The notes under the pieces: generated by a model
What the model saw: the letters and a program-made list of their open reading frames with translations, nothing else
Told to the model about the DNA's origin: nothing
Databases searched by the model: none
Part shown: positions 24,601-38,692 of the stretch, in pieces
Numbering within the stretch: the first letter of the stretch is position 1
Layout of the letters: every line of letters begins with the position of its first letter
Assembly (NCBI GenBank): GCA_013239625.1
Contig: MU055770.1
Span: forward strand, 5,393,976 to 5,457,975
Origin: Lama guanicoe
Taxonomy: Eukaryota
Length of the DNA: 64,000 nt
Reading direction: 5' to 3'
Translations under genes and position numbers: made by a program

Positions 24601-26290
24601 AGTGTACTATTTTACATCTACATATGTTATAGATCCCACAATACTTTCTTTTTTATTATTTTTTACTTTAAATAATTATTTTCTAAAAGATTTAGATAAA
24701 ACAAAATTATCTCACATTTACCCATGTAATTCCCATTTCTAGTGCCCTTCATTCTTTTATGTACATCTGTATTTCCGTCTGGTGTCATTTTCCTCCTGCT
24801 TGAAGGATTTCTTTAAACATTTCTCATAATACAGGTCTTCTGGAGTCTTTAAGTTTTGAAAATTTGCCTTCATATTTGAAAGATACTTTCACTATGTATC
24901 GATACCTATGTTGCCAGTTTTTCTTCTAATGCCTTTTAGATATTGTTCCATTGTCTTCTAGCTTGCACTGTTTCTGATATAAAGTCTGTTGACACTCTTC
25001 TCTTTATACTTCTGTATGTGCTGTGTCTTTTATCCCTGGCTGCTTCTAAGGTTTGCTCTTTATCATTGATTGTGACTAAACTGGTTATGACACATCTTGG
25101 TGTGGTTTTTCTTATTTTTCTTGTTTTGGGGGTCATTGAGTTTCTTAAAATGCATTAAATTTAGAAACATTTTAATATTATTTCTTCAAATATTTTTCCT
25201 CCCTCCCTGCATTTCTCTTTTGGAGACTGAAATGGTAGGCACATGAGGTCACTTGAGGTTGCTTCATAGCTCCCTGATATTATTTTCATTTTCAAAAGTT
25301 GTTCTTTCTCTGTGCATATCATTGTTGAGTTTCTTTTCATGTGTCTACAAGTTTGCTAACTCTGCCTTCAACAATATATAATTTATGGTCAATCCTAGTC
25401 AGTGTATTTTTCATCTCAGTCATTTTAGTTTTCATCTCTAGAAGGATGATATCTTGAATACAGTTATGATAACTATTTTAATGTTTTTACCTGCTAATTT
25501 CAATATCTATGTCACTTCCAAGTTGATTTTGATTGGTTGGTTATTCTACTCATTATGGATCATAATTTTCCTACTTTTTAAATGTGATGCCAGACATTGT
25601 AAAATTTACCTTTTTGTGTGCTGGATATTCCTGTATTTCTGTAAGTATTCTTGAACTTTGTTCTGGGATGCAGTTAAATCACTTGGAAAAAACATGACCA
25701 TTTTAAGTTTTGCATTTAAAATAGGACCAACATAGTATTTAGTCTAGGGACAATTATTTCCCCCACACTGAGGTGAGACCTTCTGAATACTGCACCCAAT
25801 GTCCCATGATTGGGTGGTAGGAATAGGTAAGAATCCCAGCCCTGAGTTAGTGCCAACCACTGTTCCCTCTATTCCACTTGGACGGTCATTTCCACACACA
25901 CATGCCAATCAGTTTTCTGCTGCATACATGATGGGTGCCCTCCACAGATATCCAGAGATCCTTTCTTCTCTCCAATATTTTGTCATATGAACTACAACCA
26001 CCATATTCTCCCAGGACTTTCAACTCCATCTCAATTCAAAATGTCCACTAGATTCCATCTTGGTTCCCCACTTCCTGAGCCGCAGCCTAGAAACTTTCTT
26101 AAGATAATAAACTGCAACAATCAAAGGACTCACTTTGCATGTTTTCCATCTCTTAGGGATCACCACCTTTTGTTTCAAGTCCAATGACTTGAAAACCATT
26201 GTTTTATATGTACTGTATGTTCCTTTAGTTGTTTCCAAAGAGAAGGTAAACCCATCCCTGAGACTCACTATTGGCTGAAAGTCCATTATC
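24600..26290 (-). mobile_element. Old L1 fragment (5' UTR and ORF1 region)
   Basis: Minus ORF 24936-25136 (TTPRCVI..DKEQTLEAARDKRHSTYR..STDFISETVQARRQWNNI) is a degenerate L1 ORF1p C-terminal region. Confidence 0.85.
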
Positions 26291-26294
26291 AGGT

Positions 26295-26510
26295 ACAACT
26301 ACTTTAAATGGTCACCCAAGCCTCAGAGGTTCCCCCATAGAATTGGCTGAGGCATTTATCGCAATTGCACAACAGTTCAAAAGCTCACTTTGCCTACTCC
26401 TACTTTCCTCACCCTTCTTATGTTACACCAAAAAGAATTCCCCAATAAACCATCTGTACACAAACCTCCAAGTCTTAGAGTCAGTTTCCCAGGAGCCAGA
26501 TCTATCACAG
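26295..26510 (+). mobile_element. ERVL LTR16-like, 3' half
   Basis: cccaataaaccatctgtacacaaacctcc...agagtcagtttcccaggagccagatcta resembles the LTR16 terminus. Confidence 0.65.
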
Positions 26511-26896
26511 TCATTCAGATAGTAAATTGTGAGACCAAGGTCCTCCAGCTCCAGACCTCTTGTTTTATTCATTATACAACACCAGAGTCATAGTTTCTGA
26601 GCTGGCAAGGAACTCAGCAATAACCTAATTTAACCCCCTCATTTTACATTGAGTAATTTGAGAGCTTAAAGATTAAATGACTATTCCAAAGGCAGGTAAT
26701 TCTATTCTCTTGAGAAGTTCACTTGTACTGACTTCATAAAATCTAATTCCCTAAACTACCTTTTATATACAAATGGTCCATACATTTGTATCAATCTCCT
26801 ATTGTGTATAGTCATACTTTTCAATCTAATGAAGTTATTTTTAATGTAGTTTCCACCTCAGTCAAAATTTTATCTGTCTACCTTCTCAGTTCTATT

Positions 26897-26898
<2 letters not shown>

Positions 26899-26930
<32 letters not shown>
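26899..26930. repeat. Poly-T tract (32 nt)
   Basis: Read directly. Confidence 0.95.
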
Positions 26931-26931
<1 letters not shown>

Positions 26932-27119
26932 ATAAACCAGTTTTTCAGAGGTAAGACATATGAAGTGATAGGTCACAGGTCTTATTTTCTAACCCTTTCA
27001 TGACTATGGTAAGGCCTCTCATGGAGAAGTACCTCCCGGGAACAGAAGAGTGTTTAAACACAGGCAGAATTGCTCTACTTTATCCCATAAAAGCAATTTA
27101 GCATTTTAGCATTGTATTT

Positions 27120-27345
27120 GAGAATAAGGACTTTGAAACTAGGTCTCCCAGCTCTACCACATAGAACTATGAAATTCTTGGTTAAGTTAACTAATCTTGC
27201 TGGGCCTCAGTTTTCTTATCTATACAATAAGATGATTCTAGTACCCACCTTAGAGTTATAAACATTAAATACATGAATATATGTAAAGTGCACAAAACAC
27301 TGCCTAGCATACAGTAAGTATATAATAAGTGTTAGCTACTTATAC
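27120..27345 (+). mobile_element. MIR SINE
   Basis: cccagctctaccac...gggcctcagttttcttatct...tgtaaagtgc...tgcctagcatacagtaag. Confidence 0.82.
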
Positions 27346-28009
27346 TGTTATTTTCTACTGTGTTATTACTATTATTGTAATATACTATACCCTGGATAGT
27401 AGAAAATGACAAAAGAATTCCTCTTTGGGGATTCTCATTTATACCTTGAAAGAAGCCAGCAGGACTTACATTCAAAAACTAATGACAGCCCTGGACAGCT
27501 TGTATCCACTCCATTCTTCCCTTCCTCTCCACCAAGCTGTATCTTCCTAAACTGACATGGCATGCAGTTTCAGAAGATTAGGCCAAGGAAGTTCATTTTG
27601 ATTTAAGGAAAATTCATGATCTTAGCTTTCATGTTCAACTGGGTCTGGAATTCTTACAGCCATACTTTCATGTAATAAAAGCACCATTTTCGTCCCTACA
27701 GTTACCTTTTCAATAAAAGAAATCTGCAAACAATCTGTTGTTCTACATCCACGTTCTTGAGCACCTTGATTACCCATCACTAGACTTTTCTTCAATTCCT
27801 CAACCCTACTGCTGCTGGCCTAGTTCCCTGTCATAATACAGAACTCTAATGAGAGTAAATTCTATCCTAAACTCATTCTCTGAAACCGAGATATTATTAC
27901 CTCTCTGACTATCACCAGATATACTTTCTGCCATGCCTCCTCGCCCAGTAAGAATTCCTGGCAAGTGATGCTAACTCAGAACAGAGCATATTAATCCACT
28001 GTGCTTTCC

Positions 28010-28970
28010 CTATAAGAATGGGCACCTTTATCCAAGAGGTGTTAAACACCCCAAATTACCAAGTACTATATAGTGGTATGTCTCCAATAGGAAGAATACA
28101 CGGGTCTGAGAACCAAGGTACAGAAGGCGGAGTGGCTCTATTTATCATATTTTGTAACCCACATGAGGAATTTATATTTTCTATCCTTAGGATTCTAATA
28201 CCTGTGGGCTTGGAAATCCTGGTTCATATAGACAGAACAATTTCTCCAGGGATGTTGAGAAAGCCCCATATAAGCTCTAGCTGCTCCCGAGTCACTTGAG
28301 GCTCTTCATGATAAGAGACCAGCTAGCAAGTAAAGGAGTAATTTCCTAAAGGGGGTGAGTGAGTGTGTTTGTCAGGATAAGAAAGGACTTCTGAATCTAA
28401 GAGGGGAAGAATGCATTTGCTACCTAAGTAATTTGTTGGACTATATCTTGATATTTCTCAGCCCAATTGTGATGGTAAATGAACCACACAAGCCACAGTC
28501 TGAGAAGGTCATAGTGACCAGCTCACAGCTCTTAGGAATGAGCATCTGTTTCACTTACCAACTTAGACACCTAGACCACCAAATGCGCTAACTGCAGGAG
28601 GGAGTCTAGAATGGGGAGTTAAAGAGGAATACGATGGCATTCCCAGTGGCCTTGCAACCAGCTGCAGCAGCCCAGAGCTGTAGCCCTCCCTACACTAACC
28701 TCCACGAGCATATGAACTTGCTCTAGCAAACTAGACTTCAAACATATGAACATACCAAAGGACAAATTACGGAGCTGGGACAGAAGAGAGAGCTGTCACA
28801 CTGAAACTGGGAACTACATTTTACAGAACAACCACAGAACCCAGGAAAAGTGTGACTAGAACCTATGTGCTGTAATTTTTTTCCTGGAAAAGGGACCAAC
28901 CAGAATCCTGGAGAAGCTGTTTCTGGAACAAAGTCTATGAAGCAAGTGGATGTAACAGTGCGAGGGCAGA
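28010..28970 (+). mobile_element. ERVL internal remnant (integrase C-terminus and dUTPase region)
   Basis: ORF 28018-28299 YSGMSPIGRIHGSENQGTEGGVA...GLEILV matches the ERV-L motif SPIARIHGSRNQGVE...GLEVLV. Confidence 0.8.
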
Positions 28971-28971
28971 C

Positions 28972-29180
28972 TGTGATTGACGCTATGGTGCTTTGCCTAG
29001 ATCCATTTTTCAGGACTGAGGCACTCGGTCCCTCATGCTGGCAGCTGATGGCATTCAGCTAGCTGAGTCTCCTAAAATTGCCCTTAGCTGAAGAGAGAGC
29101 TTGCCCCTTCCAGAAACATCTCACATCCAAAAACTGGTCAATACGAGGGCAAAAAGACCTAGCGCCCATCCCCTAACGCT
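28972..29180 (+). mobile_element. ERVL LTR16-like, 5' half (probable 3' LTR)
   Basis: tgtg...cctagatcc...ttcaggactgaggcactc...agctgagtc...aattgccctt...catccaaaaactggtcaat, directly after the internal sequence. Confidence 0.7.
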
Positions 29181-30486
29181 GGCATTTGTCAGTCTTGTGA
29201 TTACTTCTTTCTTATCTTCCCTTCTCCTGCCACATCAGTGTTAAGTCAGAATATGTCATGGCCCAACTGCTCAGTTTATGAATGCATGTGTACACACATA
29301 CACCACACACGTGCATACATGCACACACATAAAGCAGAAGTAGGTTATGGAAACCTCTTGGTGGACTCTAAATATCCTAGGATTGAAATTGGCCCCAATT
29401 TTTCTCACTTTAAAATGTAATCCCCCTCCCCCACCAACTATCCTCAAGTAAGCTGATGCTACGCTAGACACTACATTATGAGGTTTATCTGTGAATTTCT
29501 TTAGAAAAATGAACTGGGTGACCTATTGGGGGTTTTTTTCCATCTCTCATTTTTCTGAATTCAGGCACTGAAAACTAACCAATAAACAAGAAAGCCAGGA
29601 ACATAAATCATCCGGGGTTGTTAAAACATGAGGTTAAGCTTTGAAAATACTGTTCAAGAAATGTGTCCTTTTCTCAGTTAACACAGGAGATTTTTTATGG
29701 TGTTTGCCTAGAAACACTCTGACTCCTTTACTTTGGAGAAAGCAATATACAAAATTCATCTCTACCCATTTCATCTAAGGGTAATGACCACTCCTTTTGA
29801 CAACAAACCTGTAATAAAGCAGGAAAATAATCTGCATGCACTTGGATGCATGTGTTTAAACAGCCTGAGAGAGAAGTTTTCTTCTTACAAGGAATCTTGG
29901 AAAGGTTTCTAAAGGATAGCAATTTTGTATCATAGAAGTATTTAAAGAAAATCACAAATGCTGTGACATATTCATATGAGTGAATTAGTCCTCAAACATG
30001 AAAGTATACCAAAGAAGACAGTTTAGAGCTGAGAAAGAGGAGATAAATGTTGCACTGAACTGATAAACACATTTCTGTGTAACAGGCTCTGTATCAAGGA
30101 AAGGCAGCTTGAACTACAAAGCTTAGTAGAGGCATATGGACAAACAGCACCCATCTATTCGAAAACATAAGACAGAATTAAGAGTTGGAAGAAAAAAATG
30201 GAGCAAATTTAGAACCAGTTTCCCGAACGTGTACTTAGGGAACAATGTTGCAGTCAGCATCTTGACAAAAGTTGTTTTATGCCCAAATAAGTTCTATTGT
30301 CTTTATATATCTCATTTTGGAGACATCTATATACATATGATTTAATGTATTAAGCCCTCTGTGTGGCCCATCAATAAAGGAATCTAAGTCTATTTAACAC
30401 AGGAGTTCACAAGATAATTTGACAATAGAGCATTCTTTGCAAAGGGCATTGATCAATATCTTGCACGGCCAATTTTAGAATTACTA

Positions 30487-30589
30487 CAACTGTATATAAA
30501 ATAGATAAACAACAAGGTCTTACTGTTTAGCACAGGAAACTATACTGAATATCTTGTAATAACCTATAATGATAAAGAATATGGGAAGG

Positions 30590-30625
<36 letters not shown>

Positions 30626-30701
30626 ATAACTGAATCAATGTGCTGTACACCAGAAACTAACACAACATTGTAAATCAACTATAATTCAATCAAAAAAGAA
30701 G
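30487..30701 (+). mobile_element. 5'-truncated cetartiodactyl-type L1 3' end with internal (TA)n
   Basis: atagataaacaacaaggtcttactgtttagcacagg...acattgtaaatcaactata; near-perfect TSD AGAAT(T/C)ACTA at 30477 and 30702. Confidence 0.88.
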
Positions 30702-31339
30702 AGAATCACTAGTCACGCCCAACCTCTCACTCTTCCCTTCTATAGCATGGCTACTATGTAATTAACACTTAACAAATAGTTACCACATACCTGCTCTATG
30801 CCATAGGATATGGACATACAGTAGCACATGGCCATTCAGTCTGCACTTCTTAGTGTTACAAAATTCTCTAGGTCACATGATGTACTAGTTCAGTTTTGAA
30901 TACTTAAATGTTAGGAAAGAAACTTTTTTTAAAATACTGAATCAATTTAAACATTTTGGCCTTAATTCTTCTCTCTAAAATAAAGCAGAATGAATATATT
31001 CTACCACTTCACTTACTTTTTTTTTCAAACTTTCACATTTGATGTGTTGCTCAGACACCTTCATACTCCCAAGCATTTTTTTCTTTCCTTTTTTTTTTTT
31101 AAAGCAAATAGAAACACAAACTCCATTTATATGTAAAATAAACTCATTTTTTTCATGAGCATGCTAACTTTGTATCTCAGCCATGACCTGAGAAGGGCAC
31201 GGTGACCAGGAGCTCACAACACTCAGGAACAGTTTATTTCACTTACCAAGTGAAATTTTCTTTCCACATCAATGCGAAAAATGACCCAATGCCACATGTT
31301 CCATTTGCCATGATTCTAAGACAGCAAAGTTATATGATT

Positions 31340-32560
31340 TCTTTTTTATTACTTTATTTTATTGTAGTAAGCAACTTAACAACAGATCCACCCTCTTGAT
31401 TATTTTAAGAGTACCATACATTATTGTTCACTATAGGAGCAATGATGTACAGCAGACCTCTAGAGCTTATTTATCATACTTAACTGAAACTTTATGTCCT
31501 ACCCCTTGATTAGTAATTCTTCATCCTGCCACCCAACCCCTGACAATCACCATCCACTTTTCAATCCTAAAAATTTGACTATCTTAGATACCTCATATAA
31601 TAATTCAGTATTTTTCTTCCTGTGACTGGTTTATTTCACTTAGCATAATGTCACAAGATTCATCCATGTCATTGCCTATTGTAGAATTTCCTTCTTTTTT
31701 TAAGTTGAATAATATTCCATTGTATACCACATTTTCTTTATCCATTCATCTGTCAATGGACATACTGCTTGTTTCCACGTCTTTGCTATTTTGAATAGCA
31801 CTGCAATGAACGTGGGAGTACAATGATCTCTTCAATATTTTGGTTTCAATTCTTTTGGATCTAGAAGTTGGATTGCTAGATCATATGATGGTTTTATATT
31901 TAATTTTTTGAGGAACTGCCATACTGTTTTTATAGCAGCTGCAGTATTTTGTATTCCCACCAACACTGTGCAAGGATTTCAGTTTCTCCACAACCTCACC
32001 AACACTTCTCTCTTGTCTTTCTGATAATTACCATCCTGACAGTTATAAGGTGATATCTCTGTGTGCTTTAGATTTGCATTTCCCTAATGATTAGTATCAG
32101 TTTCTTTTCATTTGAAATATCTATTCAAAACCTTTGTCCATTTTTTAAAAAATCAGGTTATTTATTTACTTATTTGCTCTTGAGTTCTAGGTATTCCTTA
32201 CATATTTTGGATACTAATATCTTATCAGACATATGAATTGTGAATATTTTCTGGCATTCCCTTGGTAGCCTTTTCACTATGTTGATTTTTTCCTTTGTTG
32301 TACAGAGCTTCTTAGTTTGATGTCACAATTGTCTATTTTTTGTTTTGGGTACCTGTGTTCTGGTGTCATATCCATGAAATCATTGCCAAGACCAATGTCA
32401 TGAAGCGTTTCCTCTGTGTTTTCTTCTAGGAGCTTTATAATTTTAAGTCTTGTGTTTAAGACTTTAACCCATTTTGAGCTAATATTTGTATAAAATGTAA
32501 TATAAGGATCCAATTTCATTCTTATGTATGTGGATACCTAGTTTCCCAAACATCATTTGG
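31340..32560 (-). mobile_element. L1MA-like 3' UTR and ORF2 C-terminal fragment
   Basis: ORF 32277-32519 KLDPYITFYTNISSKWVKVLN..IKLLEEN..LHDIGLGNDFMDMTP is L1 ORF2p. Confidence 0.92.
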
Positions 32561-32603
32561 TCTTTTTGTTTCTTTGTTCACTTGTGAAAGTCTGTACATT
32601 AAG

Positions 32604-32962
32604 TTTTTTTATTGATGTATATAGTTGATTTACAATGTTGTGTTAGTTTCAGGTATACAGCAAAGTGATTCAGTTTTATATTTTTTTCTTATATATTTTA
32701 TATATATATTCTTTTTCAGATTCTTTACCATTATAGGTTATTATAAGATATTGAACATAGGTCCCTGTTGTTTATCTATTTTATATACAGCAGTGTGCAT
32801 CTGTTAATCTCATATTCCTAATTTATCCCTCTCCCACCTTCCCCCTTTGGTAACCATAAATTTGTTTTCTATGTCTGTGAGCCTATTTCTGTTTTGTTAA
32901 TAAGTTCATCTGTATCATTTTTTAGATCCCACATATAAATGATATTATATGATATTTGTCTT
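32604..32962 (-). mobile_element. Younger L1 3' end next to or within the older L1
   Basis: Poly-T then atagttgatttacaatgttgtgttagtttcagg, the reverse complement of the 30487-30701 type. Confidence 0.88.
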
Positions 32963-32979
32963 ACATAAAACATCTTATC

Positions 32980-33320
32980 GCTGTAACAGTCCACACCACG
33001 ATTTCCAATCTTCCTCAGTGGCTAGACCCATCAGAGCTCCAAAACTGACAAAACAGATGCCAGTTCCCCGGTAGGCCCAGAGAAGATGGGACGCTGGGTA
33101 CATGTATCAAGTCTTGTCCTCCCCTGGGGGAAGCTGAGAGCTGGGTTTTTGTTTTTGTTTTTGTTTTTGTTTTTCCATTTGCTTACTCTGTTCTAAGCCA
33201 GGAAGGGGATCTATGTCATCTACCTGCCAAAGCCACCATCTCCATTCTCCCTCAGACAGCTAGACTGTGCCAAACCCACCAGTCCTCCAAGACTGACAAG
33301 ACTGGTACAAGTTAGGATCT
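32980..33320 (-). mobile_element. Probable L1 5'-region fragment with (TTTTTG)n
   Basis: Resembles L1M 5' UTR sequence and continues the L1 cluster. Confidence 0.45.
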
Positions 33321-34539
33321 TCTCCACAAAAGCTCTGCCCTTACCACCACCCTAGGAGCCCTGGATGGATGATACTACTTTTCCATTTTCATGAACAGAT
33401 TCATTTTAAGTGTTTCCACATACACCCATTATTTCCATTGGTACTAACAGCATCTGTGGATTGTAGGAATTATTATCCATGATCAAGAGGGGTGAAAAAA
33501 TAAAAATTCACTAGGTTAAAGTAACATGTAAGATAAAAGCAAAACCAACACTGGAACTCGATTTTTAATACCTAGATATTCCTTTATTCACTACAGGTGG
33601 GAAGTTTTGAGAGTCTTTTTGCAAAGGCAAAACTAGGGATGGGCAGTGTTTGCAAACTGACCAAACTTTCAACAGTATGGAAAGAGGAGGCCCAGCCCTA
33701 ATGCTGGAAAAAGCGTTGCAAATGAAAAGCTCTTTTGTCATCTTTCAGTTTCTGATAAGACTTCCTTGAGAATCACAGAGTCTCATGTTTGAAATCAGTC
33801 TGAAAAACATTTTTTCAGGATTGTTGCTCTCCTGTCTTAGAACAAACTAGATCTCCTGGACAAAATCAAAAAATTCAATTTAGTTTTGCAAGAGGGGAAA
33901 ATAAATCTGTATTTCAAAAATATTTACAGTGTTGGGTTTTTTTTTTTTTTCCTTTGCACTCAGTGACCTGGAAGATGAAAAGAAGGCTTCAAGCCAAACC
34001 AAAATATACCCATGGTTTTCCACAAGCTGAGCTGGGTTTCTAAATGTTGCAGTTAAAAAGCTTCAAAGTCATAATTCAGGTTTGTGCCTGCCTGGTGTGC
34101 CTTAGAATTTTAAACAATGACATGATTTATCACCTTCATATTAAAAACAAACACATATTACTTGTAGAGGCTAAATAAGATCTTAATGGATAAACTAGGT
34201 ATTTAGATATTCAAGCTCTAGAATTAGTCCTATGTATACTGCAGTTGCTCCAGTACCTATATTTATAAGCCTCTAGGTTTCCAAGAATTCTCATACCACT
34301 CTGTACCTCTCTAAGTTTAATTGGGATTTATTTTCAGTATCCGTCTTAATGCCCTCTTCTATTCCAGTCATTTAGAACCAAGGAGTGCCAGAATTAAAAG
34401 TCCTTTGTTTGACCTCTGTTCATGCCAAAGTCTCAAGCAACTCACCACTCCCCTTTAGAAAACTCAGATATATATGTCCCTTAAATCTGAATGCCTGTCT
34501 TTATTCTGGCTCATTTTATGGCTCTGTTTTACAGCCCAG

Positions 34540-34960
34540 AGATGAGCTCTGGAAATCAGAAGCACTATGTCTGGAGGAGAATAAACACGACAAAAAAAAA
34601 AAAGGGACTTCGTGCTATATGACCAGTGTTTGAAGAAGTGACTGCTATTTTGTTCAGAGCAGAGAAGGTATGTATGTCATCTAAGTACAGACATGCAAAG
34701 ATCTAGGAAACAGAAAAGACTTCTATGTTATCCTAAGGGTAGGACTGACAAAGTGTGAAAAAAAGACAGGGAGAAAATTTTTTTTCCAATGAATTCAAAA
34801 TCTGAAGGACAGGTTCAAATTTGAAAAGGGCTGTGAAGTAAGCTTCTCTTCATGGGGTATGTCTAAACCTAGGACTTGACAGGGACAAAGAAAAGGGAGA
34901 TTCCTAAAGTGGACTGTCAGACCAGATGACCCTTCAAACCTTAATATTTATGATTTTTAG
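34540..34960 (+). mobile_element. L3/CR1 3' fragment
   Basis: gggctgtgaagtaagcttctcttcatggggtatgtctaa...accagatgacccttcaaacc...tatgatt. Confidence 0.45.
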
Positions 34961-37329
34961 CTACTTTCAAAAGGGAGAGATATATGAATACTTTCCTCAT
35001 AAAACCAACTGTTAGCCCTCGTTTTGTTCAGAAAAGAGAGAGGATTATACATAGAAGATCCAAAAAATGACCGAAGGACGGAAGGTGCTCCAGGACTGAC
35101 AGAATGAGCACGTGAAGATGGGCAAATAAGGAGACGGTTACAGTTGAGCTGTCAGACTGCTGCATGGTCAGAGAAATACAATTAACCACTATTTGGCATT
35201 CGTATCTTGATTTGGCATTGACATCCTGACTGTTTATAAGCACAGATAACATGTCTGTGAAGTAGGCATACTTTGGAGCTTGCGTTTTACTCTTTAGATG
35301 ACTGGTTTAACTCTTTAGGTCTCATTATAACCATAGCCCTAGGTTGTGAATTAAAGGTGGCAAAATGCAGGTGACAGTTAAGAGTCTGACAAGGAAGGAA
35401 CGGATTTCTATTACTCTCTAAGCATCTCATGTCTCATAATCTTAAATGTAATTAAACTAATAAAAACATGAATTATACATTTTATTTTGCTATGGTCCAT
35501 GTGATGTAGCAGAAATGAATCTGAGATTAAAAACAGTGCAGAGTGTATGTCCTTATGGCTAGACCGAACATAGACTAGTTATGAGTAACTTGACAAGGCC
35601 ACTTAGCCGATTTGACACACAGCTGGGAAAAAAGGCTAACAATGTCTGATCTACCTACTTCATGTCCTATTATAAGGATTAAATTGGATAATGAGAATTT
35701 CTAAACTGCTGAGTGCAAATGTGTATATGAGGGGGAAAAACACACATAAAAAGAATTCTTGACCCACGTTAGATATTTTTATATACACTATTTCACACTT
35801 CTAGATGTAGAAAATTTAAAAATATACACTAGTCAACTACTTTTTAGCAGTTCATAAATCACTTGCTTTTTTAAAAAGTTTCTAACACTAATCTTTAAAA
35901 TATGTTTCCTCTATGCTATGTACAGAAGTTTGAAAATATACTAATTCACAAATCTCTGTTCTCTAATAATTTCAGTATTTCAAACCTAAATCTGAGAATG
36001 AAAGACTTAACCGTACAAAGGACCAACCCAAGGTCAAATCCTAGCACAGTTTTGTTTTTCTTTAATGTCTCTCATTTCCCTTTTGTTTGCACTTCCTTAC
36101 ACCACCACCCCTCACTTCTACACAAAGGGTGACCCTGTGTCAACCCCTTTAACCACACGCCAATCAAAAATCTCCCATCAAGCAATAATCTGTGGTCAGT
36201 CTTGCAAAACTCAGTACATGAAAGTCAATGCATTCATTCTTTCCACAGACAATTGCCTTTTCAGGTGTGTCCCTAGCTACAGATCATAAGCTTAGCCTTA
36301 TTTAATTTCACGATTATCAGGCACAAGGGAATTGGTACAGAAGACCATGAGCTTAGTTGCCCACATCTTTTTCCCCAGTTGCCTCTGAAACTTCCCAGTT
36401 CAAATCACTGAAAGAATTAGACGGTAAACTGAGTTCTGTTGGGCCAGTAAGTGAAAAACACTAACCCGGAACTTTTGCTGTGAGTAGCTGTCTTCCTGGA
36501 CATTAGTCACAAAAAGGTCAATGTTTATGTAACTACAGTCAAAATCCAGAGGCACCAGCTTGACCAGAACTTTCCTTCTCAGTGTTACAGTACAGTGCTG
36601 CTTCTGTACACACCTCACATGAATGCAGAACTGTGTGGCTATGTTAAGTTGGCCGGAAAATTGTGTTTTCCTTGACAGCAATTAGGGTTTTACCCAGAGA
36701 TCTTCCCTCCTGAACCAACATTTAAAGGCATATTTTTAAAATTATAGGGGGAAAAAAACTTAATTAGGCAATAAAGCCGTACGCCAGGTACAGAAAACCT
36801 GCTACATCTCAGTTATCAGGCCCTCTACATGTGAACAACGGCACGGTGTCTCTCAATCAACGGTTTTACAATTAAATACATTAAACATTTATTGAAATTA
36901 CAAAGCATCTATTTGCAAAATATACATACATTTCCTTCTATAAGAAAAAATAATCTTTAAAACAGTCATGATGGCTTCAAACACAAGGAAAAGTGAACAA
37001 TAATAAAATGTTGAGCTGTTGCAACGTTACAGGAATTATATAATTTAAATTTTAAAAGAAACCAAAAGGCCTCTCTTCTGATACTTAAATCTCTTTTCCT
37101 TCCAGCCATCTCCCCAAGGTCTTTGATTAAGCAGTCAGCTGGTTCAGTACAACTGAAAACATGGATATATGAAAAGGGAGGTCCATTTGTCAGGAAATTA
37201 TTGTGCAGGTAGATGATTTGGACTCGTCTGATCTGACAATTAGCCGACAGTGCTAAGAACAGTAAAGACAACAGTTTGGGTCCAGCCAACCTCCCTCTAA
37301 CAGTAATAATCACAGCAACGCAAGCTATG

Positions 37330-37565
37330 GTAACAGCTGCTGTGCAATGAGCGCTCCCTACGTAACAGACACTGCCCTAAACACTTTACAAACTTTGTTC
37401 ATTCAATCCTAATAGTGACCATTTCAGGTGGACAGTATTAACTCCATTTTCCAAAAGTGTAAGCTAAGACTCAGAGAGTTAGGTAAGTAATTTGCTCAGT
37501 GTCATCAGACTAGAAAAAGTAGAATCTGACTTGAAGCCCACATCTGCCTGTTTCTTAAACACTGT
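37330..37565 (-). mobile_element. MIR SINE
   Basis: cattcaatcct...ctccattttcc...ctaagactcagagagttagg...gacttgaagcccac. Confidence 0.72.
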
Positions 37566-38194
37566 GTCCTTTGATCATGCAGGACTTGAAAGAGAAATGA
37601 ATTTCAACATCAAGAATCTAGAGCTGGCCAAGGGGTGTTAAAACTGCGTCCAGAATTCACCAGGACTAGATCAGAGAATCCCAAACACTGCACATCAAGG
37701 TTTGTGAACTTGACAAACCCTGTGAGGGTCAGAGAAGTAAGCTGAGTCAGAAGGGAGCCACTGGGCACCGTATTTCACATGGACAAGAATTAAGCATAGA
37801 AAAATCTGCTAGCTAGGGCAAAGACAAGCTTGTACCACCACTTCAGGAAAATAAGATTCAGCGTGCAAGGGATCATAAACTCGAGCCAGGAGGGTGAGGA
37901 CAAAACATCTCTCCACGGCCCTCACCCCAACAAAGGATCTGGAGAACAAGACATAACAGAAACGAGGAAGAAGGCTGAAAGTTCCTTTAAGTTTCTTCAA
38001 ATCTTAGTTCCTTAGTAAACTTGGGTTAATGAAAATACTATTACCAAAAAAGGGAAGTTGCGGGAATTAAGTGAGCTTAAACATATACAGTTCTTGGCAC
38101 AACATTTGGCTTACAGAAAAGTACTCAATAAATGTTGTTGATGGCTTTGTTGCTCCAGAGGGCCACCTTCAGCTTTCTAATATAGTGCAATTTA

Positions 38195-38410
38195 ATACAA
38201 AAACTCACTGACTGGGAGCCAGAAGACTTGGTTTGAATCTTTTGATTTGCTTTGCTCCAACCTAGCCATGTTAGGCGAGGTACATTACCTATCTGAGTGC
38301 CAGTGTGCTCATCTGTAAAGAAGGGAGTACACTGCCTGCTCACAAAACCATCAGGAGGATTAAATGAGAATAAATTATAAAATGCTTACTGTAGTATTTG
38401 GCAAGCATAG
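38195..38410 (+). mobile_element. MIR SINE
   Basis: ctgggagccagaagacttggtttgaatc...ctcatctgtaaa...gaggattaaatgaga. Confidence 0.78.
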
Positions 38411-38692
38411 GTTGATTCACTCACACATACAAAAAAAAATGTATTCAACAAAAATAATTAATTGAGGGCCTATCCAGGTGATAGGCACTATTACAAGCAT
38501 AGGTGATGGATACAGCAGTGAACAGAAGATATGATTCCTGCCTTCATGAAGCCTATACTCTGAACATGCTACTTAAGTATTTGTGTGATTTGAACTGTAT
38601 GTTAAATCAGGCTCGTAATATGATTTTCTAAGGATGATAAACCCACAGCCTTGACTTATTAGTAGAAATGACCGGGTAAACCAGGCTAAAAA

